A stretch of DNA of 64,000 bases from Candidatus Poribacteria bacterium (GCA_965215015.1 OZ244042.1:1248001-1312000); one strand, 5' to 3'. Positions 1-10,513 are shown, counted from the first letter of the stretch. Numbers and translations are program-made. The notes: generated from the letters alone by a model not told the origin.

Positions 1-237
1 AACCAGATCTGAAATGCCCTCTGTTTGGTTTAAGTCACAAGGGAAAATCTCTGCTTGAACGCCAATAGCCTGTATCTCCTGCTGAGCCTCAATGAGTGTA
101 GATTCAGATCTTGCAACAAGTGCGAGATTCGCCCCGGCACCAGCGAGACCGACTGCGATGCCTCTTCCAATCCCTCGGCTCGCCCCAGTGACCAGGGCCA
201 CCTGTCCTTCTAATGAAAAAAGACTGTAAATTGCCAT
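1..237 (-). CDS. Short-chain dehydrogenase/reductase (SDR), N-terminal part, runs off window edge
   Basis: Manual translation from ATG at 237: MAIYSLFSLEGQVALVTGASRGIGRGIAVGLAGAGA..., with the TGxxxGIG Rossmann motif; GGAGG RBS upstream. Not in the ORF track. Confidence 0.85.
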   Translation of the reverse strand, partial: MAIYSLFSLEGQVALVTGASRGIGRGIAVGLAGAGANLALVARSESTLIEAQQEIQAIGVQAEIFPCDLNQTEGISDLV

Positions 238-300
238 GCCATCCCTCCAAATTCTAAATTACTTTGTAAATTTCTAAGCTTTACTACAACTACTTGACAC

Positions 301-330
301 TTGACATACTAAAACAAGCATCGGTATAAT
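301..330 (+). promoter_or_regulatory. sigma70-type promoter upstream of htrA
   Basis: TTGACA (301-306), 18-nt spacer, TATAAT (325-330). Confidence 0.7.
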
Positions 331-489
331 AACATAAGTTTGAATTTTCTACCATCGTCCGGCTGCAAATCCGATTTCACAGACCCTAATCCTGTTGCGT
401 TGTTCCGGTGCTTACGGAATTTTGGATGCTCGGCGTTGATTAGATCGTTCCAATCCGTCAACTTTCGGTACTTGATAGAGGAAAATATT

Positions 490-1896
490 GTGAGAAACCA
501 TCGCTGCTTCAGTTTTGTTATAGCCTTTGTTCTGTTTCTTCTACTTTTCGCCTGTAGCAAGGCGAAACTCCACGCCGTGGATCCGCCCCACAGCACCACC
601 TCTTCGCTGTCTGGTGTCCAATTATTAGAATCGATTGAAAATGCCTTCGTTAGTATCGCTGAAAGGAGTAACCCCGCTGTTGTAAGTATCACCGCATTCG
701 ACGTGAAAAATCGGGGAGCCCGCGCTCGAGGTGCCGACCGACAGGAGGGAACGGGGTTTATCTTTCGCAAAGATGGTTATATTTTAACCAATAACCATGT
801 TGTAAACGGTGCAAAACGGATTACAGTCCGCCTATTCGATGGCAGAGAGTTCGAGGCGGCTCAATTGGTTGGAGTTGACCCAAACACAGACATCGCCGTG
901 TTAAAAATTGATGCACAGGGCGAGCTTCCCGCACTTCCTTTTGCCGATTCGGATAGGGTGAAAGTCGGGCAGTTTGCAATCGCAATCGGTAATCCATTCC
1001 AGCTTAATTACACAGTGACCACCGGGATTGTTAGTGGAAAGGGACGTTCGCTAGTGCCAGCGTTTATGATTCGCTATCAAGATTTTATCCAGACTGATGC
1101 GTGGATCAACCGAGGCAATAGCGGCGGCCCCTTGCTTAATATCCACGGCGAAGTCATCGGCATCAACGCTGCAATTCGACGCCCGGACAATGTCCCGGCA
1201 ACAGAGGCAGTCAAAGCCGGTGCCGGTTTTGCTATCCCCATCAACCTCGTGAAGAAGGTCAGTGACCAGCTCGTTACAAACGGACAGGTGATACGCGGGT
1301 GGCTAGGGATTTTTATGAGGCAACATGCTGAAGGGATTCGGGTGACTGGATTTTCTAGTCCATCACCTGCCAAACAAGGTGGGATAGAGGTGGGAGATAT
1401 CATTGTCGAATACAATGGGGGTGAAACGCGAGAAGTGCGTAAATTTAGTTTTCTTATCGCCGAGTCCAGGGTTGGTGAGGAAGCGGCGTTTACAGTCCTC
1501 CGCCGCGGAGAGCGCAGAAAACTCTCCGTAACAATTGGCAGGATGCCGCTGCTTTACACGGGGCTAGCAATGGAGTCAGATTCGACGTCTTGGACGAAGC
1601 TGGGGATAGTTGTTCGTGAGCTAGGGAACCATCACTTTGAACGTTACACCTACCTAAGCTTAGAGGATGAAGGGGTCATTATTGATGAGGTGCGTCTCGG
1701 CGGACCTGTTCCCAGCGCAGGGATACCGCAAGGAACATTAATTGTGGCGATTAACGGTCAACGAATCAAAAACATGGAGGATTACGACAAAGCATTGCAA
1801 GACGCACTTGATAAGTCGGAAATCTCTTTTGAAATCAAGAATGTTTATACTGAAAAAGGGACGGAAACGGTTACAGTTAAAATCAATCAGGAGTGA
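490..1896 (+). CDS. htrA: HtrA/DegP-family periplasmic serine protease with two PDZ domains, probable lipoprotein
   Basis: TNNHVV (His), TDIAVLK (Asp), GNSGGPL (Ser) catalytic motifs; C-terminal PDZ-like segments; likely GTG start at 490 after GAGG, signal peptide ending LLLFAC. Confidence 0.9.
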   Translation: MRNHRCFSFVIAFVLFLLLFACSKAKLHAVDPPHSTTSSLSGVQLLESIENAFVSIAERSNPAVVSITAFDVKNRGARARGADRQEGTGFIFRKDGYILTNNHVVNGAKRITVRLFDGREFEAAQLVGVDPNTDIAVLKIDAQGELPALPFADSDRVKVGQFAIAIGNPFQLNYTVTTGIVSGKGRSLVPAFMIRYQDFIQTDAWINRGNSGGPLLNIHGEVIGINAAIRRPDNVPATEAVKAGAGFAIPINLVKKVSDQLVTNGQVIRGWLGIFMRQHAEGIRVTGFSSPSPAKQGGIEVGDIIVEYNGGETREVRKFSFLIAESRVGEEAAFTVLRRGERRKLSVTIGRMPLLYTGLAMESDSTSWTKLGIVVRELGNHHFERYTYLSLEDEGVIIDEVRLGGPVPSAGIPQGTLIVAINGQRIKNMEDYDKALQDALDKSEISFEIKNVYTEKGTETVTVKINQE

Positions 1897-2024
1897 AATA
1901 TCGAATTGACGAAGATGTAGCGGGTGAAACCTAATACCAATTCTCCGCTCCCCGCCGAGGAACAGCGATTAAATCACTCCTAAATGTCTCAGTTATCTGG
2001 GTTTTGGTTGTACGGAAGGTAGCA

Positions 2025-4001
2025 ATGAAAAAACATCTATCAAATTTACGGGAAGTCCTTGGTCCCGATGGATTGATTGCGAAACAGCTTGCTGGCTATG
2101 AATTCCGACCGCAACAGCTTGAAATGGCGGAAGCGGTTGCCAGTGCGCTGTCGTCCGATGAGCACCTTGTAGTTGAAGCGGGCACAGGTGTTGGTAAAAG
2201 TTTTGCCTACCTCCTACCTGCAATCAATCTCGCGCTTGATACCCACGAGCCGGTAATCATTTCGACCAATACTATTAACCTGCAAGAACAATTGATTTAC
2301 AAAGATATACCGTTTCTCCAACAGGTGCTCCCACAGCCTTTCACCGCTGCGCTCGCCAAAGGGCGTGGCAACTATCTTTCGCGCCGTCGGCTAGACAGCC
2401 TGTTGACTTATGAGCAGGGGCTATTTGATACAAAGGAAGAGGTGGAGGACCTCGCTCGCATTAAGGAATGGGTCAATGTCACTGAAGACGGAAGTAAGGC
2501 AGACCTTGAGCCGCAACCGATGTTTGAAATTTGGAATAAGGTGGCTTCAGATACCGATAACTGCTTGCGACAGAGATGTCCGACCTACGATACATGCTTC
2601 TACTTCAAAGCGCGGGCGCAGGTGAATGAAGCTGACCTGATAATTGTGAACCATCACCTGCTTTTTGCAGATTGGGCACTTCGAAAAGCCAATCCTTATG
2701 CCGCCATATTGCCAGAATATAGGCACCTCATCCTTGATGAAGCACATCACCTTGAAGCAACCGCTACGGAACACACAAGTGTTGAGTTGAGCAATACGCG
2801 GGTCAAGAGGTTCTTGGATTCTCTTTGTAACCCACAGGGAAAGGGAGGGCTTTTTATCCGATTTGAATCGACGGGTTCAATTCGGCTTGTCCAGGACGCA
2901 CGGGAGGAAGCAAACCAACAGTTTGCTTTGATTATGAGCTGGTTAGAACGGCAAGGGGGGAGGGACCGAGGGCATGGAATCACGCAAACCGTCGATCAAG
3001 CCGATTTCGTGCACAATGTGTTGGATACCCCCTTGGGCGAGCTTCAATCTCGATTAAAATCGATGAAAGATACCGCTACAACTGAAGATGATCAGCAAGA
3101 GATTGATGCCCATCTGCGTCGTTGTCGTGAACTCCGTAACGACTTGGATGTGATGGTTAGCCACACACTACCAGATTACGTCTACTGGATCAATACCTCG
3201 ACGCGAGGACGATCTGATCGAGTTGTGCTACACGCGACCCCAATCAATGTGAGTGAGGAACTGAACACCCACCTGTTTGAAAAGCTAGACAGCATCATCA
3301 TGACCAGTGCTACACTGGCGACCAACCAGAATTTCGACTACTTTCGGGGGCGGATTGGTCTCTCCGACTCCCGTGAATTACTTGTCGGATCACCCTTTAA
3401 CTATCAAGAGCAGGTTGAAATCCATATCCCTTCGCGGATGCCAGATCCACGAGACCGTACCTTCACGCGATCCGCTACCACGCAAATCTTGAATTACCTC
3501 AGGCTAACGCATGGCAAAGCCTTTGTCCTATTTACAAGCTACCGAATGATGGACGAGGTTTACGAGGGAGTTCAACCTTATCTTGAGCAGCTTGGGATTG
3601 ATGTGCTCAAACAAGGGGGTGGGCTTTCGCGCAGCGCGATGTTGACAGAATTTAGGGAGAACATAAATTCTGTTCTGTTTGGAACTTCCAGTTTTTGGGA
3701 GGGAGTTGACGTGCGGGGCGAAGCACTCAGTAGCGTGATTATTACCAAACTACCTTTTGAAGTACCCACACATCCGGTGATAGAAGCGAGAGTCAAGCAA
3801 ATCGAAGAGCGGGGGGGAAATCCATTTATGGAGTTTAGCTTGCCGGAAGCGATTATCCGGTTCAAACAAGGGTTTGGACGTTTAATCCGCACAAAAACGG
3901 ACACCGGAATTTTCGTTGCCCTCGATTCGCGCATTAAAACCAAGTTTTATGGCAAGCAGTTTTTGAACTCGCTGCCACCCTGTAAAATCGTAAGGGGCTG
4001 A
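2025..4001 (+). CDS. dinG: DinG/YoaA-family ATP-dependent DNA helicase
   Basis: YEFRPQQLEM Q-motif, EAGTGVGKS, DEAHH, TSATL, SFWEGVDV, KLPFEVP, KQGFGRLIR motifs; ATG at 2025. Confidence 0.92.
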   Translation: MKKHLSNLREVLGPDGLIAKQLAGYEFRPQQLEMAEAVASALSSDEHLVVEAGTGVGKSFAYLLPAINLALDTHEPVIISTNTINLQEQLIYKDIPFLQQVLPQPFTAALAKGRGNYLSRRRLDSLLTYEQGLFDTKEEVEDLARIKEWVNVTEDGSKADLEPQPMFEIWNKVASDTDNCLRQRCPTYDTCFYFKARAQVNEADLIIVNHHLLFADWALRKANPYAAILPEYRHLILDEAHHLEATATEHTSVELSNTRVKRFLDSLCNPQGKGGLFIRFESTGSIRLVQDAREEANQQFALIMSWLERQGGRDRGHGITQTVDQADFVHNVLDTPLGELQSRLKSMKDTATTEDDQQEIDAHLRRCRELRNDLDVMVSHTLPDYVYWINTSTRGRSDRVVLHATPINVSEELNTHLFEKLDSIIMTSATLATNQNFDYFRGRIGLSDSRELLVGSPFNYQEQVEIHIPSRMPDPRDRTFTRSATTQILNYLRLTHGKAFVLFTSYRMMDEVYEGVQPYLEQLGIDVLKQGGGLSRSAMLTEFRENINSVLFGTSSFWEGVDVRGEALSSVIITKLPFEVPTHPVIEARVKQIEERGGNPFMEFSLPEAIIRFKQGFGRLIRTKTDTGIFVALDSRIKTKFYGKQFLNSLPPCKIVRG

Positions 4002-4022
4002 CGGTACAGGATAAAACGTAAC

Positions 4023-4073
4023 GAGTGCAAGTGATGAGTGCCCCCATCCGGTTTCACTCATCACTTGACACTC
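4023..4073. terminator. Hairpin between convergent genes, probable bidirectional terminator
   Basis: GAGTGCAAGTGATGAGTG ... CACTCATCACTTGACACTC inverted repeat between the dinG stop (4001) and the opposite-strand stop (4085). Confidence 0.55.
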
Positions 4074-4084
4074 ATTATTGATCG

Positions 4085-4864
4085 CTAGTATCGATGCGGT
4101 GCCGGTTGTGCTAGCCGAATTCCTTTATGGTGCACGAAGGGAAATTCGTATACCAACCTTTTATAACGAGTGGCGGTACCTTCCGGCGGTTTAATCTCAA
4201 GCGGAATGATAACTGTTAATGTTTCAGCGTTGTGCTTCATCTGATAGAATGGGAGAAAACCCTCGATGCTCTCGCCGGGTTGTATCCCCTTTTCCGTGTC
4301 TGGCAGCTGTGTTTCTATCAAAATCTCTCTCGCCTTTCTAAGTCCGTTCTTAACATATATTCCCGCAGCACGAGACATGTAAGTCAAACGTTCTTTTAGG
4401 GCATTGTAATCTAATGACCCATAACGGTTCTCCCCTTGATCGACCATCTCGCAGGGAACTTGTCGGGTGCCCTTGATTCGATAGACAACGGGGGTGACGG
4501 CATTGTTTGTGATTTTAAGGTAAAAGACATCCGTTTTGTCGCCCTGATGGAGTGCTTCTGTTTCATAGAACGGCGAGTAGGCGTTTCCACGATTATACTT
4601 GCGATCAAGGTCTGCACGACGCCAGTAGACAATCTCAACTTTAACATCATCCTTAGTCATTGAGAGTATTTTTCCCGTGGGCGGTCTAATTTTAAATGCG
4701 TCTGGATTACCCCCTTCAAGGATAACATTCTCTGGTAACATATCAGCCGGTTGAACCGGAGGAAGATTTTTTAGTGAGGTCCCCGCTGCACAGCCAGCGA
4801 CCGATAGGATGAATACAAAAAGCCCAGCACTACTTATCCATGAGTTTCCATTTAATTTTTTCAT
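4085..4864 (-). CDS. Hypothetical lipoprotein
   Basis: MKKLNG start after GGAGG, hydrophobic stretch, lipobox VAGC; ~260 aa; no family recognised. Confidence 0.75.
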   Translation of the reverse strand: MKKLNGNSWISSAGLFVFILSVAGCAAGTSLKNLPPVQPADMLPENVILEGGNPDAFKIRPPTGKILSMTKDDVKVEIVYWRRADLDRKYNRGNAYSPFYETEALHQGDKTDVFYLKITNNAVTPVVYRIKGTRQVPCEMVDQGENRYGSLDYNALKERLTYMSRAAGIYVKNGLRKAREILIETQLPDTEKGIQPGESIEGFLPFYQMKHNAETLTVIIPLEIKPPEGTATRYKRLVYEFPFVHHKGIRLAQPAPHRY

Positions 4865-5145
4865 GGTGACTTTGCCTCCTTGTTCGTCCATCACTCATAA
4901 TGGACGTTTTATTAATTAAACATAAATGTTTCGATATTCGCGCTTTTGCCTTGGCATCCAAAAATCTATCAAATGATGTCGGGGCACTTTATGTAACTCG
5001 ACGGTGTCGAGGATTTCTCATTAGTTTGCTAGTATAGCATACCTTCACTTTTAATTCAAACACAAAATTGACTCGGTGCTTCAGAAAACCACATCGAGTT
5101 TATTGACCAACCGGTAAATTTAACCTATACATCGTCAGACAATTT

Positions 5146-5398
5146 TTAGGAATTACGCACTTCAGTAGGGAACTCGTTGTTCCCTAGTACCTCCTTATGG
5201 GGTCTGTCCGATTCATCGGACGTTGACAACGGTGTCCTGCGGCGAGGAATCGCCGAAAGATACCAGGACTATTGCGCCACACGATTGGCTCAATCCACCC
5301 GGAACATTGCGCGAGAGTCCGGGTGTTTTCAACCCACCCGAACAGCCATGCAGCAGTGCTTGGTGTTCCCTTTGAGGGTTCAACTGCATAAGTCCTAA
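5146..5398. mobile_element. MITE-like element with 14-bp terminal inverted repeats and several internal hairpins
   Basis: TTAGGAATTACGCA (5146-5159) versus TGCATAAGTCCTAA (5385-5398); internal palindromes TAGGGAAC/GTTCCCTA, GTCCGATTCATCGGAC, CACCCGGA/TCCGGGTG. Confidence 0.55.
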
Positions 5399-5428
5399 AA
5401 TTTAACAGGTCTGCCTCTGTATAGTTGA

Positions 5429-5455
5429 TAGGGTTCAACAATTGTTGAACCCTAC
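5429..5455. repeat. REP-like perfect palindrome
   Basis: TAGGGTTCAACAATTGTTGAACCCTAC, ending in CTAC (GTAG on the minus strand). Confidence 0.65.
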
Positions 5456-6166
5456 AATGGGGATTCGATCGGTAAGGTGACATAACCTCTGCTCACCCCA
5501 AATTGTAGCAGATGGCTGAAATTCCCTGTGCACTGTTTAAGTCTCTGCACATCGGGATATAGATAGTATATCACATCATGGTGTAATTTCAACTTCAAAG
5601 GGGTCATTTTCTGTATTTGCACCGGGCAATTACACCCCGTTCTGCCAATTCTGCCTTTACATAATGCGCCGGCATCTGGGGTGATTTCCATTGTCCCGCG
5701 ACCTGCATATCCACAATTGACGCTCCTGCTTGTGCAAGTCATAGCGCGCTCCCCACACGAAGCGAATGCCCACTGATTAATCTTTGCCTTGTACCTCTCT
5801 ATCGCTTGCATCGCGCTATCCCCCACATACAGCTCTTCACCCTTTGACAATCGGTTTTGCTTAATACAATCCGTAACGTGTTGTCTTGGAGGGCTCGACG
5901 TTGACCACCACCGCTTCACTAATCCGCAACAGGCAATCGCTCATCAATCGAATCAACCCCGAGTCTCTCAATCCTACCACTGTTTGCTCAGCTTCGGCAT
6001 AGGCACAGACCTGGTCCACGTCACACCATCCGATGTCATTGAGTTGCCCTCATAAACATTATCAAGTTTTTTTTCTAAAATGAGGAGCGATAACAATACA
6101 CTATCTACTATTCGCCAAACCCTTTATCTCTAGGGGTGATACCGCTTTTTCTATTTCGCTGGCTCA

Positions 6167-6991
6167 CTAGGTGAGCTTCTCCATCGTTTTCCGGTAGCGT
6201 TTCTCCATCTCCGGCTTCTGCAGCTGCAAGTACTCCTGTTCGGCACAACGTGCCATCTTTTGTGATGGGGGGGCGGGGATATCGATGACGGCGGTTGAGA
6301 TTTGGTCGTTGCCCCACTTGTAAGCGACAATCTCACCCTTGCTGATGATGAGGTTCATGCCGACATTCGCTTCGACGATTGGCACTCCGTTTTCCCGCGC
6401 CCGTGCAAGCACTGCCTCGTTTTGCCCTTTGCTTTTCGATCCATAGGATGGGATGAGGATGAGGCGTGCCCCATCAAGAACAAGTGTACGCGCTATCATC
6501 GGATTCCATCGGTCATTGCAGATGACCGCCCCGGCACGACCGATCGGTGTATCAAAAGCGCGCAATGCCTTGCCGATACGGTTAAAGTTCCAAGAGGGAT
6601 GGGTGCCTTCAGCAAGCTGTGTTTTGTGATATTTGCCACAAATTTCACCGTTGTGATCGATAAACACCGCGCAGTTGTAAGCCTCATCCGCAATACGCTC
6701 GGCGAAACCGAAGCAGAGACAAATCCCCAACTGTTTGGCAAGCTGCTGAAAACGCTGAATATAGGGTCCATCAATTGGCTCGGCAATATCTATCAACCGC
6801 TCCGCCGTTTCTCGATTCTCAATGACCTCCATGACGACATAGCCCTCAAGTGCCCCTTCTGTCGTCAAAATCACCTGTGGCTGCTCCTTGGCGGCTTCAA
6901 CAAAAAATGCCTCCATCTTGTCAGCGTTTGCGGCTTTATCCCACTTCTTTGGTTTAATCGAAATCGCTGCGACCTTGACTGAGTTATACAT
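6167..6991 (-). CDS. Carbon-nitrogen hydrolase (nitrilase/amidase superfamily)
   Basis: E-K-C triad contexts TTEGAL, KYHKTQL, VICNDRW; YNCAVFID. Confidence 0.88.
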   Translation of the reverse strand: MYNSVKVAAISIKPKKWDKAANADKMEAFFVEAAKEQPQVILTTEGALEGYVVMEVIENRETAERLIDIAEPIDGPYIQRFQQLAKQLGICLCFGFAERIADEAYNCAVFIDHNGEICGKYHKTQLAEGTHPSWNFNRIGKALRAFDTPIGRAGAVICNDRWNPMIARTLVLDGARLILIPSYGSKSKGQNEAVLARARENGVPIVEANVGMNLIISKGEIVAYKWGNDQISTAVIDIPAPPSQKMARCAEQEYLQLQKPEMEKRYRKTMEKLT

Positions 6992-7036
6992 GCTTCACCT
7001 CTCTATACCTGACGAGTACCCACTTTCTATGGGATT

Positions 7037-7972
7037 TTAGTGAAAGGGCCAGGTGCCCGGGTTGATTTGGTCTGGACTTACGATAATCTCTCGCAGGGCG
7101 TCTAATAGCTCCGGCGGAAGCGGGTCGGCCCCTGCAAATGACACAATTTCCTGCAACTCATGGGCGCGACTCGTGCCCACCAACGCGGTGGAAACCGCAG
7201 GATGCGCGAGCACAAAACGGTAAGCCAATTCCGGCAAGCTGTTAGCTTGTGCACCACACAATGAATTTACCCCATCGATTACCGTCCGCAGTTCGCGGAG
7301 CTCTTCGGGAAGGTATGCGTAACGATAGGTCAATGCGCCTTTCAGGAGGACGGATCGGATAACAATCCCCACATCGTTTTCTTTAGCCAGCGGCAATACC
7401 CGTTCTTCAAACTGACGGTCTAATAGATTATAGGCAACCTGTATGCAGTCGAAACGACCATCTTTTAACACGGCTAACGGCGCAGCTTCGCCATAGGTGG
7501 TTGTGCCGATAAAACGGGCGTAACCTACCTGTTGCGCTCGCTGCATAATCTCTACGATTTCCCCGCGTTGAATGAGCTCAGGAGTGGCATTGTGAATGTA
7601 GAGAAGGTCAATGATGTCTGTCTGTAGTGCTCGCAAGGATTCGGTGATTGATGTTTCCACCTGCTTTCGCAACTCGATGCCGGTATACTCCTTCCAACTC
7701 AAGGAGGAAATCTTCGTCGCAAGAATATATTCGTTCCGACGCGATTTCAGTGCCCACCCAATAATGGCTTCGCTCCCCCCATAAGCCCGCGCAGTATCGA
7801 TTAAATTGACGCCCAAATCGAGCGCACAGTTGAGTAAGCGGGCGGCCTCCGCCTCGGACGGTTGTCGATGTTCTCCCTGCACAGGGATACCGTAGTCCAT
7901 TCCTAGCTCTACAGTCCCCAGCGAAATCTCCGATACTTGCAGGTTGGTCCGCCCCAAACGACGATAGTTCAT
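7037..7972 (-). CDS. Aldo/keto reductase
   Basis: MNYRRLGRTNLQVSEISLGT, IDTARAYG, ILATK, IDLLYIH; ATG at 7972 after AGGAG. Confidence 0.92.
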   Translation of the reverse strand: MNYRRLGRTNLQVSEISLGTVELGMDYGIPVQGEHRQPSEAEAARLLNCALDLGVNLIDTARAYGGSEAIIGWALKSRRNEYILATKISSLSWKEYTGIELRKQVETSITESLRALQTDIIDLLYIHNATPELIQRGEIVEIMQRAQQVGYARFIGTTTYGEAAPLAVLKDGRFDCIQVAYNLLDRQFEERVLPLAKENDVGIVIRSVLLKGALTYRYAYLPEELRELRTVIDGVNSLCGAQANSLPELAYRFVLAHPAVSTALVGTSRAHELQEIVSFAGADPLPPELLDALREIIVSPDQINPGTWPFH

Positions 7973-8085
7973 GGTGCCACTCCTGCAAGATTCAGCCATT
8001 TGGTTTGCATTGTTAAGGGGAGTACTGTAGTGTTCCACCTCGGGCCCCAACGATTCTCATATTCATTGATATTAGAAATTAGGAG

Positions 8086-8859
8086 TTATTTAGTTCCCGG
8101 AAAATCGTCTCGCTGAAAATAACCGTTCTTAATTGTGTCGATTTCACACGTCGTTTGTGCGCTCGCCCAATGCGTAGCGTAACCACGCCGCCAGCGGTCA
8201 GATTCGTTACGATGGGATGTATGCAGCGTCTTACAGTGGTGAAAGACAACACCACCCTTTTTGACCGTCGCGAGTGCCTCTTTCGATAGGTTAATCAATT
8301 CAGGTGGAGGCACAAGGTTATATGGCTCATCCGGATCTGGGGTTTCGTGTGGCAACACCGGCCCCTTATGCGAACCTTCGATATAGCGAAGGCAGCCGTT
8401 TGATTCGTCTACATCGTCCATTGCAATCCAAGCGGTGATTACATGATCCGCTGGATCACATTTGAAGTAGTAGTTATCTTGGTGATACGGTTTCGCGCTA
8501 CCGAAGTGCGGCGGTTTCATGAAAATCTGATCCGTAACCAATACCGGCTCCACACCGATGAGATCTTTGATGATACGCGAGAGACGGGGGTCGAGTACAA
8601 AGGATTGGAAGGCAGATTCCTTGAGGAAGGGACCCTCAATTTTTCGTGGTGCAATTGTACCATCTTCCGCTTGATCAACGGCGTAACCAACTCCCTTATC
8701 CGCGGTTTCATCGGGATCCATCGAGTGCTTCATATCACGGTCGCTGACCTCAATGGCAATTTGGGCAATGTGCTCAACTTCGGCGGGACTGTAGACGCCT
8801 TCGATGGCGACCCAACCCTTTTCCCAGTAGTGATTATAAGCATGTTGATTGATGTGCAT
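8086..8859 (-). CDS. Phytanoyl-CoA dioxygenase (PhyH) family Fe(II)/2OG dioxygenase
   Basis: HQD motif, TAWIAMDDVDESNGCL..IEGSH, distal His in LHTSHRNES; ATG at 8859 after GGAGG. Confidence 0.9.
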   Translation of the reverse strand: MHINQHAYNHYWEKGWVAIEGVYSPAEVEHIAQIAIEVSDRDMKHSMDPDETADKGVGYAVDQAEDGTIAPRKIEGPFLKESAFQSFVLDPRLSRIIKDLIGVEPVLVTDQIFMKPPHFGSAKPYHQDNYYFKCDPADHVITAWIAMDDVDESNGCLRYIEGSHKGPVLPHETPDPDEPYNLVPPPELINLSKEALATVKKGGVVFHHCKTLHTSHRNESDRWRRGYATHWASAQTTCEIDTIKNGYFQRDDFPGTK

Positions 8860-8917
8860 GTGCACCTCCTCCGGAAAATTGTTATGCTCCCATTCGTGAT
8901 GATACCCTCGTAATCTC

Positions 8918-10513
8918 TCATGCCAGAAACCGTTCCAGCACATTGGTGGTAATTTTTGAAATCGTATCGTCCACCAACATAGAACAGGGATAGGTGATTG
9001 AACCTACGGAGAATACCGCGCCGCCCGCACCGGGTTCGTGGTAAACGATTTCGGCGCCACCATCGTCGGGGTTGAGCCCCTTGGCGAGTCGCTGGACGTT
9101 TTTAGGAGAACTTGCGGAGATTTTGTCCGTTTCGTGGCCGGAAGCTCCGCCCGGACAACGCATATGTAGACTATTTTTCCCGAACACATTCCCATTCTTC
9201 AGGCCTGTACCGTCAAAAATCCAATGGGAATCATCGATCACCCGATAAGGCGCGCCGGTCATGATGCCGGTATCGGTACAGACGACGCCTAAGAGATTGG
9301 CCTCGGATTCATGACGCAGGTGGAATCGGCTTTCAAACCCGACATCCTGCAGCGTGGTGAAGCTGCCGCTGCCACAGTTCTCGTTGTGAACGACCATTGT
9401 GTATTCGTCGAGGAATTCGACCTCGCAGTTCAAGCCATTGCCTCCGAGATACATCAACTTGCCGCCGCCCTCGAAGACCCACGCTTTGAGTCGAAAGTAC
9501 ATATCCGCCGACCAGTATTCGGGATGGGTGCTAATCATGAGAACTTTGTAATCTTCCAAGTTCAGAACGCCTTGGTGAAACTGTGTCTCGGCGTAGAGGT
9601 CGTAATCGAACCCCTCGCGCTCCAGCCAACCGAAGAGACGCCATTCTGCGGGGGCGACGTGACAGGCGGAGCGCCCCTCGACTGGATCCGTGATTTCCGT
9701 ATCTTCAGAGATGAAGTTAATCGGTTCAGGGCGATCAAACGACAAAGGGGCATATTCGTCGGCGTCAAAGTGCTTGTGTTCTCGGTTGGTGTATCGTTTC
9801 AAATCGAGTCGAGCGTTGATGGTGGGTGTCGGTGGAAATTGATCGGGGTGGATATAGTTACTCCGACCACCGAAGTTGTTATAGGCATTCCAGTTGATGT
9901 TGGAAGCCAATACGGCGATGGGTGCCTGCGGCTTCGCCGGCGCAACAGTCCACGGAAAGGAAAAGAACGCGCCCGATTCCCCCTTGGCGTGAAAATAGTA
10001 GAGCCCACTTCGAGCCGGGGCTTCAACGAACTGGAGGTGATGGGGGTTCGTATATCCGAACTTGTTCCACTCGATGCCGGTTTGGGTGTAATCTCCGTCA
10101 GGAGAGATCTGCATCGTCGCGCGGGGGCCATGCTCATCATGCCAGCCGAGGTCTCGGATGAATTCCTTCTGCAACCCATACCGCCACAACGAAAGCTGAT
10201 ACGCCTCGACAGCGTGAACCCGGAATTCGGATTTCTCACCGGACCGCACCCACTTTGGCCAGGCATACCCCAGCAAACAGTCCGAAAGCAGGCGAAACTG
10301 ATAGGGTTGATCTTCCCGAACTGTCATGTTAACGCTCTTCGCGCCGAAGCCGGGTTTATAGAGCGTCACTTTATAAAATCCTGGTGACAGATCCGCGTAA
10401 ATCGCCCCCGTCGCTCGTGAACGGGCTTCAAACGAACCTAATTCGTTTACAAATTCTAATAACACATCGGGAACCGCTACATAGCGCTCGTCGCTGACAT
10501 ATCCAATCAGCAT
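8918..10513 (-). CDS. N,N-dimethylformamidase large-subunit-like protein with N-terminal carboxypeptidase-regulatory-like domain
   Basis: NWNAYNNFGGRSNY, PLSFDRP, HPEYWS, LGGNG, GHETD, GGAVFSVGSI motifs typical of the DMFase family; ATG at 10513 after GGAGG. Confidence 0.8.
   Translation of the reverse strand: MLIGYVSDERYVAVPDVLLEFVNELGSFEARSRATGAIYADLSPGFYKVTLYKPGFGAKSVNMTVREDQPYQFRLLSDCLLGYAWPKWVRSGEKSEFRVHAVEAYQLSLWRYGLQKEFIRDLGWHDEHGPRATMQISPDGDYTQTGIEWNKFGYTNPHHLQFVEAPARSGLYYFHAKGESGAFFSFPWTVAPAKPQAPIAVLASNINWNAYNNFGGRSNYIHPDQFPPTPTINARLDLKRYTNREHKHFDADEYAPLSFDRPEPINFISEDTEITDPVEGRSACHVAPAEWRLFGWLEREGFDYDLYAETQFHQGVLNLEDYKVLMISTHPEYWSADMYFRLKAWVFEGGGKLMYLGGNGLNCEVEFLDEYTMVVHNENCGSGSFTTLQDVGFESRFHLRHESEANLLGVVCTDTGIMTGAPYRVIDDSHWIFDGTGLKNGNVFGKNSLHMRCPGGASGHETDKISASSPKNVQRLAKGLNPDDGGAEIVYHEPGAGGAVFSVGSITYPCSMLVDDTISKITTNVLERFLA

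Noticed and set aside
5452-5919. 155-aa ORF, possibly a transposase remnant (LYVGDSAM)
   Set aside because: Only one short motif resembles a transposase; the rest looks non-coding and no ends could be assigned
9311-10387. 358-aa plus-strand ORF
   Set aside because: Antisense shadow of the DMFase-like gene with no motifs; the same applies to other long antisense ORFs such as 6302-6982, 11933-12610, 26813-27676 and 35987-36817
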